Shown here in pieces: positions 27,535-36,694 of a DNA stretch of 64,000 nucleotides. The notes under the pieces were generated by a model. It made no database searches, was not told the DNA's origin, and was given only the letters and a program-made list of their open reading frames with translations. The DNA is from an uncultured Planctomycetia bacterium. Its GTDB lineage: Bacteria; Omnitrophota; Gorgyraeia; Duberdicusellales; 4484-171. The stretch covers positions 269,020-333,019 of the forward strand of contig CAZAYU010000002.1 in the NCBI GenBank assembly GCA_964489445.1. The letters run 5' to 3'. Numbering within the stretch: the first letter of the stretch is position 1; each line of letters starts with the position of its first letter. The position numbers and the translations under genes are program-made.

Positions 27535-28764
27535 ATGGCTAAGTATGAATATAGCGCAAAAACAAAAGATTCAAAGACTATAAAAGAGACAGGAGTTTTT
27601 TCTTCTAAACAAGAGGTGATTACCCATTTGAAATCTAAAGGTTTATTTATAATCTCAATAAAAGAAGTTGGCGGGCGCGCACGGGAAATAAAAAAGGCAA
27701 GGATTACAAGAAGTAAAGGAAAACATAATTCGGTAAAATTAGCTGACTTGACTGATTTTGCTCGCAATTTAGCGATTACTCTTTCCAGCGGCGTTACTTT
27801 GTTAAGGAGTTTAGAAGTAATTGCTTCTCAAAATGCAAGTGTAAAATTGGAGAAAATCTTAAAGACTTGTTGCCAAGATATTCGTAATGGGTTATCTTTA
27901 TGTGAATCGCTAGCTAAACACCCGAATGTTTTTTCTCCGCTTTGGATTGGCATCATCCGTGTTGGGGAAGCATCGGGCAATCTTCCTTTTGTGTTGGATA
28001 AGCTAACTGAGTATTTAGAATTAAAAATGGAATTCGAAAGAAAGGTTATTGGGGCATTATTTTATCCGGCGATTCTTATGTTTGTGGCCGTGGGTGCGGT
28101 ATTTATATTTTTAAAATTTATTTTTCCTAAATTTTCCGGATTATTTATGCAGTTTAATATTGAATTGCCGGCAATAACTAAATTTGTGTTTGGGGCGAGT
28201 GATTTTTTAGCGAGAAACTTTATGATTTTCATGATAATAGGTGCAGGAGCCATAGCCGCTATTGTGGTTTTAAGAAAAAATCCTGAGGTAATGAAAATGT
28301 GGGATGTTGTTAGTTTAAAGATTCCTTTGTTGGGGAGTCTACTGTCTCTTATCTATATTGAGAGGATAACTTCTACTATCTATATTTTGCTAGATAGCGG
28401 GTTGCCGATTGTTTATACTCTGGAAACTACAGCACAAAGCGTAGGCAACTCTGTCTTTGAAAAAAAAATAACATTTATTGGGCAACGAGTTCGATCTGGC
28501 AATCCGTTGTCGGATGAATTTAATCGTCAGGGTATTTTTCCTCCGCTAGTTTCGGAAATGGCTCGGATTGGAGAAGAATCTGGCACAATGCCTAATGTTT
28601 TTGAGAAGATATCCAAGCATTTTCGCCGGGATTTAACAACACGTGTGGAAAGGTTAATTACTTTGTTTGAGCCGGTTATGATTGTGGTGATGGGGGCAGT
28701 CATTGGTGCTTTAGTTGTTGCTTTGTTTTTGCCATTGTTCAAAATGTCGGCAATGGCTGGGTGA
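27535..28764 (+). CDS. pilC: Type IV pilus platform protein PilC/GspF
   Basis: 409 aa with a duplicated GspF domain and three predicted TM segments. Directly follows pilB. Confidence 0.85.
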   Translation: MAKYEYSAKTKDSKTIKETGVFSSKQEVITHLKSKGLFIISIKEVGGRAREIKKARITRSKGKHNSVKLADLTDFARNLAITLSSGVTLLRSLEVIASQNASVKLEKILKTCCQDIRNGLSLCESLAKHPNVFSPLWIGIIRVGEASGNLPFVLDKLTEYLELKMEFERKVIGALFYPAILMFVAVGAVFIFLKFIFPKFSGLFMQFNIELPAITKFVFGASDFLARNFMIFMIIGAGAIAAIVVLRKNPEVMKMWDVVSLKIPLLGSLLSLIYIERITSTIYILLDSGLPIVYTLETTAQSVGNSVFEKKITFIGQRVRSGNPLSDEFNRQGIFPPLVSEMARIGEESGTMPNVFEKISKHFRRDLTTRVERLITLFEPVMIVVMGAVIGALVVALFLPLFKMSAMAG

Positions 28765-28791
28765 TTTTGTTTTCGGAGAATGATAAAGTAA

Positions 28792-28821
28792 TTGACATAA
28801 AGTATTAATGTGTGGTATAAA
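28792..28821 (+). promoter_or_regulatory. Strong sigma70-like promoter with extended -10 (TTGACA N18 TGGTATAAA) for the first (major) pilin gene
   Basis: TTGACA at 28792-28797, TGG at 28813-28815, TATAAA at 28816-28821. SD AAGGAGGGAGAG lies before the ATG at 28867. Confidence 0.5.
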
Positions 28822-28866
28822 AAAGACAGGATGGGAAAGATAACATATCTAAAAAAGGAGGGAGAG

Positions 28867-29268
28867 ATGAGAAAAGGGTTTACGTTGATTGAGTTGATAA
28901 TTGTTGTAATTATCGTGGGTATACTGGCCACATTTGCTATTCCACAGTATACTCGGGCAGTTGAACGAACTATGGGCGGGAAAGCGAGACATTCCTTAGG
29001 TTTGATAGCTCAAGGAGAAAAAATGTTTCGGGCAGAAAACGATACGTACGTTGTTGTAGAAGTTGATAATGCAAATGATGAAAATGGAATAGGGGGCTAT
29101 GTTGAGCTTGCAGAATTAGATGCAGAATCTGATTGGAATTATGCAGTTAGTGGGCCTACTACCACTACGTTTACTGCCATAGCAACTAGAGAGGGTGGCC
29201 CTAACAATGGTGAAACGATTTCGATAACCCAAGATGGTGTTTGGGATCTTACAGGCTGGACTCCGTAA
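28867..29268 (+). CDS. Type IV (pseudo)pilin with class III signal peptide (MRKG|FTLIELIIVVIIVGILA), likely major pilin
   Basis: Canonical G(-1) F(+1) E(+5) N-terminus. Start chosen at the internal Met after a strong SD; the six-frame ORF begins at 28810. Confidence 0.8.
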   Translation: MRKGFTLIELIIVVIIVGILATFAIPQYTRAVERTMGGKARHSLGLIAQGEKMFRAENDTYVVVEVDNANDENGIGGYVELAELDAESDWNYAVSGPTTTTFTAIATREGGPNNGETISITQDGVWDLTGWTP

Positions 29269-29293
29269 ATTTAAGTAAAGTATTTTAGTTTTA

Positions 29294-29704
29294 ATGTTTA
29301 AAAAGAAAATGAGAAACCACAATAAGAAACCCAAGGCATTAACAATGATTGAGTTACTTATTGTGGTTGTAATTATTGGAGTAATTGCTACCTTTGCTAT
29401 GCCTGCTTACAAGAAAGCTAAAGAAAAGGCAGTAGATAAGGAAGCACAGACATTACTAAGATTAATTAAGGCTGCTGAAGATATGTATCGTTTGGAATCT
29501 ACTGAATATAAGGGTTGTGGGGATACTGCAGGGTGTAATACATTATTAAGCTTGGATTTACCAGTGGGCCCAAACTGGGTTTACAAAGTTGATTCTTCTA
29601 CTGCTACAACATTTACCGGAACAGCTACAGGTGACAAAGGTTCTCAAGGGGCAGCTGGAACGTGGACGATGGATCAGAACGGAGACACTTCTCCAGCTTT
29701 TTGA
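29294..29704 (+). CDS. Type IV pilin-like protein (prepilin-type N-terminal helix, Ala at -1)
   Basis: ...KPKA|LTMIELLIVVVIIGVIATFAMPAY has E at +5 but Ala, not Gly, at -1. A possible alternative start is at 29309. Confidence 0.7.
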   Translation: MFKKKMRNHNKKPKALTMIELLIVVVIIGVIATFAMPAYKKAKEKAVDKEAQTLLRLIKAAEDMYRLESTEYKGCGDTAGCNTLLSLDLPVGPNWVYKVDSSTATTFTGTATGDKGSQGAAGTWTMDQNGDTSPAF

Positions 29705-29751
29705 AAATTTTATTGTTGAGCAACAATAAAAAATATAAGTAGTTTATTAGC

Positions 29752-30135
29752 ATGGAAAAGAAAGCGTTCACTTTAACAGAAATAATTGTTGGACTTGTGA
29801 TTCTGAGCATCGTATTCGGCGGGTTATTAGCTGCGTTTACTGCTGCACGTAAGTATGTGCTAAGAGCTAACCGACGACTTGTAGCGGCTAACTTAAGTCG
29901 TAGTGCTTTAGAAAGGCTGCATAAAGAAGTACGTGAAGATCTTTGGGATGATATTTTAGGCGCTTATCCACTGCAACCTGGAGGTCATTCTTTAAGTCTT
30001 CTTAGGAATCCACCCCTTGATGATGTTGCTATTCGTGACATAGGCGGGGAAGAGTATAGTGGGTCTTATGATGTATATGCAACTAGCCATGATTACCGGG
30101 AAGTGATAGTAACAGTTGTTGCAGAAGGGCGTTAG
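29752..30135 (+). CDS. Minor pilin / pseudopilin-like protein
   Basis: MEKKA|FTLTEIIVGLVILSIVFGG has a prepilin-like N-terminal helix with E+5 and Ala at -1. Confidence 0.65.
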   Translation: MEKKAFTLTEIIVGLVILSIVFGGLLAAFTAARKYVLRANRRLVAANLSRSALERLHKEVREDLWDDILGAYPLQPGGHSLSLLRNPPLDDVAIRDIGGEEYSGSYDVYATSHDYREVIVTVVAEGR

Positions 30136-30175
30136 TTAGCAAATTTTATTATTAAAATTACGTGTAAACAAAAAA

Positions 30176-30700
30176 ATGAAAAAAACAGTTACATTAGTTG
30201 AGTTAATAATTGCAATTGTATTAATGGGGATAGTAGTGCTTGGGGCAATTTCTTTTGATCTTGCTAGTCGAACTTTTTTTAAGTCTTCTGAGCGGAAAGT
30301 TAACGTAGTTAATGATTTAACATTTGTGCTAGAACATTTGCAGAAGAACATTATGAATGGTAAAGGAACGGTAGATAATCCTGCTTTAGTATGGGATGGA
30401 GCAACAGTGCTTACTATTTCCCAAGATGATGGAACAGGAACGTTGACAGGATTAAAAACGGTAACTTATACATTTAATAAGACTGCTGGTGTAAACCAAG
30501 TTATTTTTACTGACACTTCTCCACAGGTACTTACGAGGAGGCTAGAAGATTTTAACGGTTTTGACGTTAACGATTTTGGGTTTTACATGAAGGATATGAC
30601 TTTCCTTGATAATCCTGCTGAAGAGGAGGATGTCCGAGAGAATCCAAGTGTAGCAGTGAGAGAGCAGTATTTTTTTCCTCTTATCCAATCCTGCACTTAA
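30176..30700 (+). CDS. Minor pilin / pseudopilin-like protein
   Basis: MKKT|VTLVELIIAIVLMGIVVLGAISF has a prepilin-like helix with E+5 and Thr at -1. Confidence 0.65.
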   Translation: MKKTVTLVELIIAIVLMGIVVLGAISFDLASRTFFKSSERKVNVVNDLTFVLEHLQKNIMNGKGTVDNPALVWDGATVLTISQDDGTGTLTGLKTVTYTFNKTAGVNQVIFTDTSPQVLTRRLEDFNGFDVNDFGFYMKDMTFLDNPAEEEDVRENPSVAVREQYFFPLIQSCT

Positions 30701-30977
30701 TTATTTGAGCTTATTTCTTGCAGTCTAGACTTGCCTGTTTAATAATTAGCATATATTAATTGTGTACAATTCAGAGCATATCATTGCTTGAATGATTTTT
30801 TGTATTCCAATTGTATTCAAATAATGATACAATTATACATAATCTAACTCGGTGATATATGGAATAGCTGGTGTAAGTAGTTATCCTGAAAAATTATTTT
30901 GGTTTTTTATAGAAAAAAAATGGAAGTATTTTTAAATTTATTTGTGCATCATGCAAAATCTAAGGAGGAGCAAAATC

Positions 30978-31373
30978 ATGAAAAAAAGTTTTACCTTAGT
31001 TGAATTAATAATTGTTGTAATAATAGTTATGATATTAGCAAGTTTTGCTATTCCGCAGTTTATTCAATCTGTAGAAAGGGCTAAGGGTGGTAAGGCAAAA
31101 CGGGCTTTAGGCTTGATTGCGCAGGCGGAAAAAATATATCGGATTGATAATGAACATTATATTGACGCACAAAGCCCTAACCTTGAATCGGCTTTAAGTA
31201 ATGACATTGATTTAGATGCCATCGATAAGGATGCAAGCTTAGATTGGCAGTATGTAGTTGAAGCGACACCGAATACGTTTATTGTTACAGCTACCAGGCT
31301 AGATGGTTCTTTCAAGGATCAAACTATAACATTAAATCAATCTGGCGTTTGGACAAACGAGAGGTATCCTTAG
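30978..31373 (+). CDS. Type IV pilin-like protein (paralog of the first pilin)
   Basis: MKKS|FTLVELIIVVIIVMILASFAIPQF. Downstream it resembles the 28867 pilin (ERAKGGKAKRALGLIAQAEK vs ERTMGGKARHSLGLIAQGEK; both have ...TITLNQSGVW/ISITQDGVW). The start follows the SD AAGGAGG; the six-frame ORF begins at 30942. Confidence 0.75.
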   Translation: MKKSFTLVELIIVVIIVMILASFAIPQFIQSVERAKGGKAKRALGLIAQAEKIYRIDNEHYIDAQSPNLESALSNDIDLDAIDKDASLDWQYVVEATPNTFIVTATRLDGSFKDQTITLNQSGVWTNERYP

Positions 31374-31395
31374 TAAGATAAGCAATACTACTTGT

Positions 31396-32118
31396 ATGTC
31401 GATTATATTATCTGGCAAGCCTTTAATTTTAAGCCTGAAAAAATTTCTTAGTTTAATAATTCCTTGTGTGTGGTTGTGTGTATCCAATGTCTATGGGGCT
31501 CCTTGCTATGGCACAAGGTTGCCAGAGGGTAAAAAATTTATAGGAGGATTCCAGAGCTATACAATATTTAAGCGCGAGCTAAAAAATAATTATGGTAAGC
31601 TAAAGTCTCTTCAGCACTTTTTTCAACTTTCTTATGGTGTCTACAATTGGCTATCCATTGATTTAAAAGGCGGCGCAGGTAACATCAAACAATATCCTAA
31701 CCTTGGTGATGAAGCAGATTATTCTAATTCATTTGCCGGAGGCTATGGATTCCGGATTAGAGCCTATAACCATGAAAATTTAAAAATAGTACTCGGTTTT
31801 CAACATATAAGCGTACATCCTCAATCAGTTCATTTAGGTAATGTGAAGAATAAAGCAATTTTAGATGACTGGCAGGGGTCTCTTCTAGCTTCTTATAAAT
31901 TGTCAGTAGTTACGCCTTATTTAGGGGTTAAATGGTCCAGGGTTGATTACATTCACTGGATTGGTGAAGAAAGAAAAAGAAAGATGTCTGACACAACTAA
32001 GTCTGTAGGATTAATTTGTGGTTTTGATTTTCCTTTGAATGCAAAAGCTTGGGTTAATTTAGAAGGGCAGTTTTTTGATTCAGAGGCATTAGCTGTAAGT
32101 GTTAATTTTGAATTTTAA
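31396..32118 (+). CDS. Outer-membrane beta-barrel protein (OmpW/OmpA-like, C-terminal Phe)
   Basis: 240 aa with a signal-like N-terminus and alternating hydrophobic beta-strand patterns. Ends ...AVSVNFEF, the C-terminal aromatic residue typical of OMP insertion signals. Confidence 0.5.
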   Translation: MSIILSGKPLILSLKKFLSLIIPCVWLCVSNVYGAPCYGTRLPEGKKFIGGFQSYTIFKRELKNNYGKLKSLQHFFQLSYGVYNWLSIDLKGGAGNIKQYPNLGDEADYSNSFAGGYGFRIRAYNHENLKIVLGFQHISVHPQSVHLGNVKNKAILDDWQGSLLASYKLSVVTPYLGVKWSRVDYIHWIGEERKRKMSDTTKSVGLICGFDFPLNAKAWVNLEGQFFDSEALAVSVNFEF

Positions 32119-32189
32119 TGAGTTCTACATATTTTTTACTAAAAAGGTAGAAATATATGGCTAAGGTATTATTTTGAGCACTTTTTGAC

Positions 32190-33653
32190 ATGATTTCAAA
32201 TAATAAGCCTGAATATTTGCAAAATTACTTAGATGATACATCTAATTTTCATGGTAAAGCTTCCGCTTTATATATTCCTCAGTCACAAGATGAAGCATTA
32301 ATACTCGTCAATAATCTTTTAAAAGAAAATCAACCATTTACTGTTTCTGCAGGGCGTACTGGAACAACTGGAGGGTGTGTTCCTGTAGAAGGGGTGATTA
32401 TTTCTCTGGAAAAGTTAAATAAAATAATAAGCATTGACGTTGATCAGCAGAACATGCATTTAGAGGCGGGGGTGACATTGGAACAGTTAGAATTAGAAGC
32501 TAATAAACATAAATTGACCCTGAGAGCTCAGCCGACAGAATCACTAGCATTTATTGGTGGTGCAGTTTCTACTGCTGCTTCTGGGGTTAGGGGGTTTGGC
32601 TATGGATCAATAAGAAACTATGTTCTAGGCATTAAAGTTATTCTTTCTAGCGGGAAAATTATTGATATTAAAAGAGGAGATATATATGCTGATAAAAGAT
32701 CATTCAACTTTGTATCTTCTGGTGAAAAATATAGTTTTAGATTACCATCCTACAAAATGCCAAAAAGTAAAACTCAAGCTGGATATTATGTGTGTGACAA
32801 TATGGATTTAATAGATTTATTTATCGGGAGTGAAGGTACTTTGGGTATGATTGTTTCTTGCTCACTAAAGTTGCAAAGTATTCCCTTTGGTATTTTTGAC
32901 GGTTTAGTATTTTTTAAAGATGAAAACAAGGCTTTCAATTTCATTAATGATGCAAGAATAATGAAGGAAAAGGGAGCCCTTAAGATAGCCTCTTTAGAAT
33001 TTTTTGATAATAATTCACTAAATATGCTTAAAAAATATTATACTTTTATACCAGAATCTGACAGTGCGGTATATTTTGAACAAGAGGTTAAGGATGAAAA
33101 AGATTATGACTTGTTTTTAGAAAAATGGGGGCAATTAATGGAAAAAAATAGTGGCTCGAAGGAAAGCATCATTGCTGATACTATCCAGGAGCGTAAGCGG
33201 GTTTTTGAGTTTAGACATAAGCTACCCCAGATTATTAATGAGTATTTACGTCAAACCGGGCAAGTAAAAGTGGCAGGAGATATTGCTGTTCCTCAAAATA
33301 ATTTTAAGGAAATGTATGCTTGCTACAAGCGTAAGGTCAAAGATGAAAAAATAGATTATGTTAATTTTGGTCATATCGGGGAATCTCATTTGCATTTTAA
33401 TTTTCTTCCTCAAAATGATAAGGAAGGAAATTTTGCTAGAGAATGTCTTACGAGTTTTTGTCAGGAAGCAGTAGCATTGGGGGGAACTGTTTCTGCTGAG
33501 CATGGAATCGGAAAGATTAAAAAATCTTATTTAAAAATTATGTATTCTGACAGAGAAATTAAAGAAATGGCCGAACTAAAAAGATATTTTGATCCTAGTT
33601 GTCTTATTGGTTTAGATAATATTTTTGATAAGAAATTGCTTAAAAAACTATGA
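32190..33653 (+). CDS. FAD-linked oxidase (GlcD / D-lactate dehydrogenase-like, FAD_binding_4 plus C-terminal domain)
   Basis: 487 aa with the FAD-binding PCMH-type pattern (FTVSAGRTGTTGG..., GSEGTLGMIV). Confidence 0.65.
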   Translation: MISNNKPEYLQNYLDDTSNFHGKASALYIPQSQDEALILVNNLLKENQPFTVSAGRTGTTGGCVPVEGVIISLEKLNKIISIDVDQQNMHLEAGVTLEQLELEANKHKLTLRAQPTESLAFIGGAVSTAASGVRGFGYGSIRNYVLGIKVILSSGKIIDIKRGDIYADKRSFNFVSSGEKYSFRLPSYKMPKSKTQAGYYVCDNMDLIDLFIGSEGTLGMIVSCSLKLQSIPFGIFDGLVFFKDENKAFNFINDARIMKEKGALKIASLEFFDNNSLNMLKKYYTFIPESDSAVYFEQEVKDEKDYDLFLEKWGQLMEKNSGSKESIIADTIQERKRVFEFRHKLPQIINEYLRQTGQVKVAGDIAVPQNNFKEMYACYKRKVKDEKIDYVNFGHIGESHLHFNFLPQNDKEGNFARECLTSFCQEAVALGGTVSAEHGIGKIKKSYLKIMYSDREIKEMAELKRYFDPSCLIGLDNIFDKKLLKKL

Positions 33654-34045
33654 AGAAAAATATCGATGTGGCGGCGGCTTTTATTACAGAAGGTAATAAA
33701 TTCTTGCTATCTCAAAGAAAGAAAGAGGATACTTATGGACTGTTATGGGAGTTTCCCGGTGGAGTAGTTGAAAATAATGAATCTCCAAAAGCTGCAGTTG
33801 TCCGGGAAATAAAGGAAGAACTGGGTGTTGGTATAAAAGCAGTTAGTTTAATAGGCAAGTTTTTTGATGAAGACGACCGGTTAAAAATAAATATTTCTTT
33901 ATTTAAGTGTTCTATTATTGATGGTAAGCCTAAAGCAATAGATTGTCACCGATTTTCTTTTTTTAATACTAAGGAAGTAGATAGCTTAGATTTAGCTCCT
34001 GCTGATAAAAAAATATTTGCAGAAATTAGACATATTTATGAATAG
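33650..34045 (+). CDS. NUDIX hydrolase (MutT-like)
   Basis: 131 aa with the Nudix box WEFPGGVVENNESPKAAVVREIKEELGV. Confidence 0.8.
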   Translation: MKKNIDVAAAFITEGNKFLLSQRKKEDTYGLLWEFPGGVVENNESPKAAVVREIKEELGVGIKAVSLIGKFFDEDDRLKINISLFKCSIIDGKPKAIDCHRFSFFNTKEVDSLDLAPADKKIFAEIRHIYE

Positions 34046-34053
34046 AAGTATGT

Positions 34054-34722
34054 TTAAGTTCTGTTCTCGTCGAAATAATCAAGATCAGTCAAAGGGAGAA
34101 TAACTGAGGTGGCGATATTTGTAAGGTGAGAGGCAATTCGCTTAAAATATCTGGCCATTAAAGTAAAACAGACTGCTTTGTTTGCGGGTAGTTGGCTTTT
34201 TGCCAAACTTTTAATAATATTATCGCATTTCTGGGAAATTTCCTTTTTATAATTCCATGATTCGGCAGCTTTATCCTCATCGGACTCAATGAATGCTTGT
34301 TTAGTTTCTTGGAATAATTGTGAGATGTCTTTCTCAATATTGTTAAATAATTGTATGTATTCTTCCTTATCTATTGGGCTGCTTAATAGTCCGTTTACTT
34401 CAAATAAGTTTTTAGCGAAATCTCCTACGCGTTCAGCATCTTTTACTACACTCATTAAAAGCAGAGAGGTGGGGATATCTACTGTAGGTTGAATCGAAAG
34501 ATGCTCAATGACTCGTTTTCTGATATTTTTTTGCAAAGTATTCACTTTTTTATCAAGCTTGTATATGTTGTTTTTTAGACCTGGTTCATCCTGGTTGTCA
34601 ATTAATTTTCGGCAAACAGAAGTAAACATTTTTTCAGTATCATCAAGCATATCCTTAAATTCCTTTAGTACCAAGCTCAGAAAATCTTTTCCTTTCCAAA
34701 AATTCATTAAATTTTTAAACAT
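34054..34722 (-). CDS. PhoU-domain protein
   Basis: 222 aa with two PhoU-like repeats (…DAERVGDFAKNLFEV… and …ARYFKRIASHLTNIATSV…). No pst transporter genes are adjacent. Confidence 0.6.
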   Translation of the reverse strand: MFKNLMNFWKGKDFLSLVLKEFKDMLDDTEKMFTSVCRKLIDNQDEPGLKNNIYKLDKKVNTLQKNIRKRVIEHLSIQPTVDIPTSLLLMSVVKDAERVGDFAKNLFEVNGLLSSPIDKEEYIQLFNNIEKDISQLFQETKQAFIESDEDKAAESWNYKKEISQKCDNIIKSLAKSQLPANKAVCFTLMARYFKRIASHLTNIATSVILPLTDLDYFDENRT

Positions 34723-34905
34723 TGTTCTCTCCTTTATAGCACTGCAATATCTTTTTAGGGTATGCCAAAAATTATATCCACAAAAATGAATGTTTGCAAG
34801 GGTTTTATTTTTCGGTATAATTAATAAAGCTTATATCTTATAAATATCAATGGTGATTAAAAGGTTTGTAAGGTTAAAATACTATATGTCTAACGGAGGA
34901 TTTTT

Positions 34906-35445
34906 ATGAAGGAAAAACAACAGTTGCTTTCCTTGATCAAGAAAGAAGCATTATTTAAGAAAAAAATAATACTTTCTTCAGGAAAAACCAGTAATTATTA
35001 TGTTGATGTGCGAAAAGTAAGTTTAAGCCCTGAAGGAGTATATTTAATATCTCGTCTTATTTTCAAAGAAATAAATGATTATTCTATTCAAGCTATCGGA
35101 GGGCCGACTTTGGGTGCTGATCCAATAGTTAGTGGAGTTTGTTTATTGGCCTACAAGGATAAGAGAAGATTAAAAGGGTTTTTGATTAGAAAATCACCCA
35201 AAAAATATGGTCGTCAAAAGTTAGTTGAAGGACAGCTGCTTTTACCAGGTGATCGCGTGGTGATCGTTGATGATGTTGCAACTAGTGGTTCTTCTTTAAT
35301 TAAGGCGATAGATGTGTTAAAGAAAGAAAGTATAGAAGTTGTTTGCGCAATTGTTGTAGTGGACAGAGAAGAAGGCGCAGCTAAAGCATTAGCCCTGCAG
35401 GGGTGCCCTTTAATCTCCCTTTTTACTAAAGGTGATTTACTTTAG
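34906..35445 (+). CDS. pyrE: Orotate phosphoribosyltransferase
   Basis: 179 aa with SSGKTSNYYVDVRKV and the PRPP-binding motif VVIVDDVATSGSS. Confidence 0.8.
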   Translation: MKEKQQLLSLIKKEALFKKKIILSSGKTSNYYVDVRKVSLSPEGVYLISRLIFKEINDYSIQAIGGPTLGADPIVSGVCLLAYKDKRRLKGFLIRKSPKKYGRQKLVEGQLLLPGDRVVIVDDVATSGSSLIKAIDVLKKESIEVVCAIVVVDREEGAAKALALQGCPLISLFTKGDLL

Positions 35446-35474
35446 CCTTGTCGATAAGGCCAGATTAGTAACCG

Positions 35475-36311
35475 TTGATGTTTGTAACTTTCTTTATTCG
35501 TAATTGCCAATTAGTTTTTAATTTTATTTTGCCTTCTTTTTTTTCTATATTTTTTTTATTTTCTATAATGTTTTTAAATGGGTGCTTTACTACTGAGTAT
35601 AATGTGGGGACAAGGAAGCAAGATGTTTATTTCTATTCTTCCGAGAGAGAAATTAGCATGGGGCAAAATATTGCTAAAAGCATTGCTCGTGAATTTAAAA
35701 TTTCTAATAATCCGGATGACATTAAAAGAGTGTCGGAAATTGGTAAAAAAATAGCAAATGTTGTTGATCGCCAGGGGATAAGTTATTATTTCTATATTAT
35801 TGAGGAGGATAAAAATGGAAAAGGGCAAGTGAATGCTTTTAGTCTTCCTGGAGGGTATATTTATATTTTTAAGGATCTTTTAGAATTATTGGATAATGAT
35901 GATCAGTTGGCGTTTATCCTTGCTCATGAAGCAGGGCATGTTGTTAGTCGACATCACATTAAGCGGCTTCAGGCGGCAATGGGGTATAACTTGGTGGTAA
36001 TTGCTTCTATGCAAGTTCCTGCAGATAGGAATTTTGCTAGTGGTGTTTCTTTTGCTCTTGCCCAACTGTTTACTGCATATTCTCGACAGGATGAGTTTAA
36101 CGCTGATGAGTTGGCAGTAAAATATTGTGAAGCTGTTGGCTACAATTCCTCTGCTGGCATACAAGTGTTGGAGAAGCTTTACCTAGAAAGTAAAAAAGAA
36201 ATACGGCCGCTATCTTACTTTAAAACTCATCCTTATTCTGCTCAAAGGATACGACACATTAAAGAAACTTTACAACTTCCGTTAGTGGTTGATGATTATT
36301 TGAGTTTTTAG
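35475..36311 (+). CDS. M48-family zinc metalloprotease (probable lipoprotein)
   Basis: 278 aa with HEAGHVVSRH (HExxH) and a lipobox-like FLNGC near the N-terminus. Confidence 0.7.
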   Translation: MMFVTFFIRNCQLVFNFILPSFFSIFFLFSIMFLNGCFTTEYNVGTRKQDVYFYSSEREISMGQNIAKSIAREFKISNNPDDIKRVSEIGKKIANVVDRQGISYYFYIIEEDKNGKGQVNAFSLPGGYIYIFKDLLELLDNDDQLAFILAHEAGHVVSRHHIKRLQAAMGYNLVVIASMQVPADRNFASGVSFALAQLFTAYSRQDEFNADELAVKYCEAVGYNSSAGIQVLEKLYLESKKEIRPLSYFKTHPYSAQRIRHIKETLQLPLVVDDYLSF

Positions 36312-36357
36312 CCTGTTTGTCTAGAGAAGCCTTACCAGGTTTTTCTAGACAAAATTT

Positions 36358-36451
36358 TGGCGGAGAGGCAGGGATTTGAACCCTGGGATCACTAAAAAGT
36401 AACCACCGGTTTTCGAGACCGGCACTTTAAACCAGACTCAGCCACCTCTCC
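36358..36451 (-). tRNA. tRNA-Ser (anticodon CGA) with long variable arm, CCA encoded
   Basis: The minus-strand sequence GGAGAGGTGGCTGAGTCTGG...CCGGTCTCGAAAACCGG...GGGTTCAAATCCCTGCCTCTCCGCCA folds as a class II tRNA. Confidence 0.85.
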
Positions 36452-36506
36452 AATGAAAAAAGTATTCATCCAGGGTTATTATTTGTTATAATATACAAAA
36501 TTAACT

Positions 36507-36593
36507 TGGTGCCCCCGAGAGGATTTGAACCTCCATTCTCTTACGAGAACTAGCTCCTGAAGCTAGCGTGTCTGCCAATTTCACCACAGGGGC
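36507..36593 (-). tRNA. tRNA-Leu (anticodon CAG) with long variable arm, CCA encoded
   Basis: The minus-strand sequence GCCCCTGTGGTGAAATTGGCAGACACGCTAGCTTCAGGAGCTAGT...GGTTCAAATCCTCTCGGGGGCACCA. Confidence 0.85.
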
Positions 36594-36694
36594 TTTTAGG
36601 ATTGATATAATTATACCAAATTTACCCTGTTAAACAAGAGTATGCGGTGATTTATTGTCTTGTTAACCAATTATCGTATGCTATAATCACAAAT

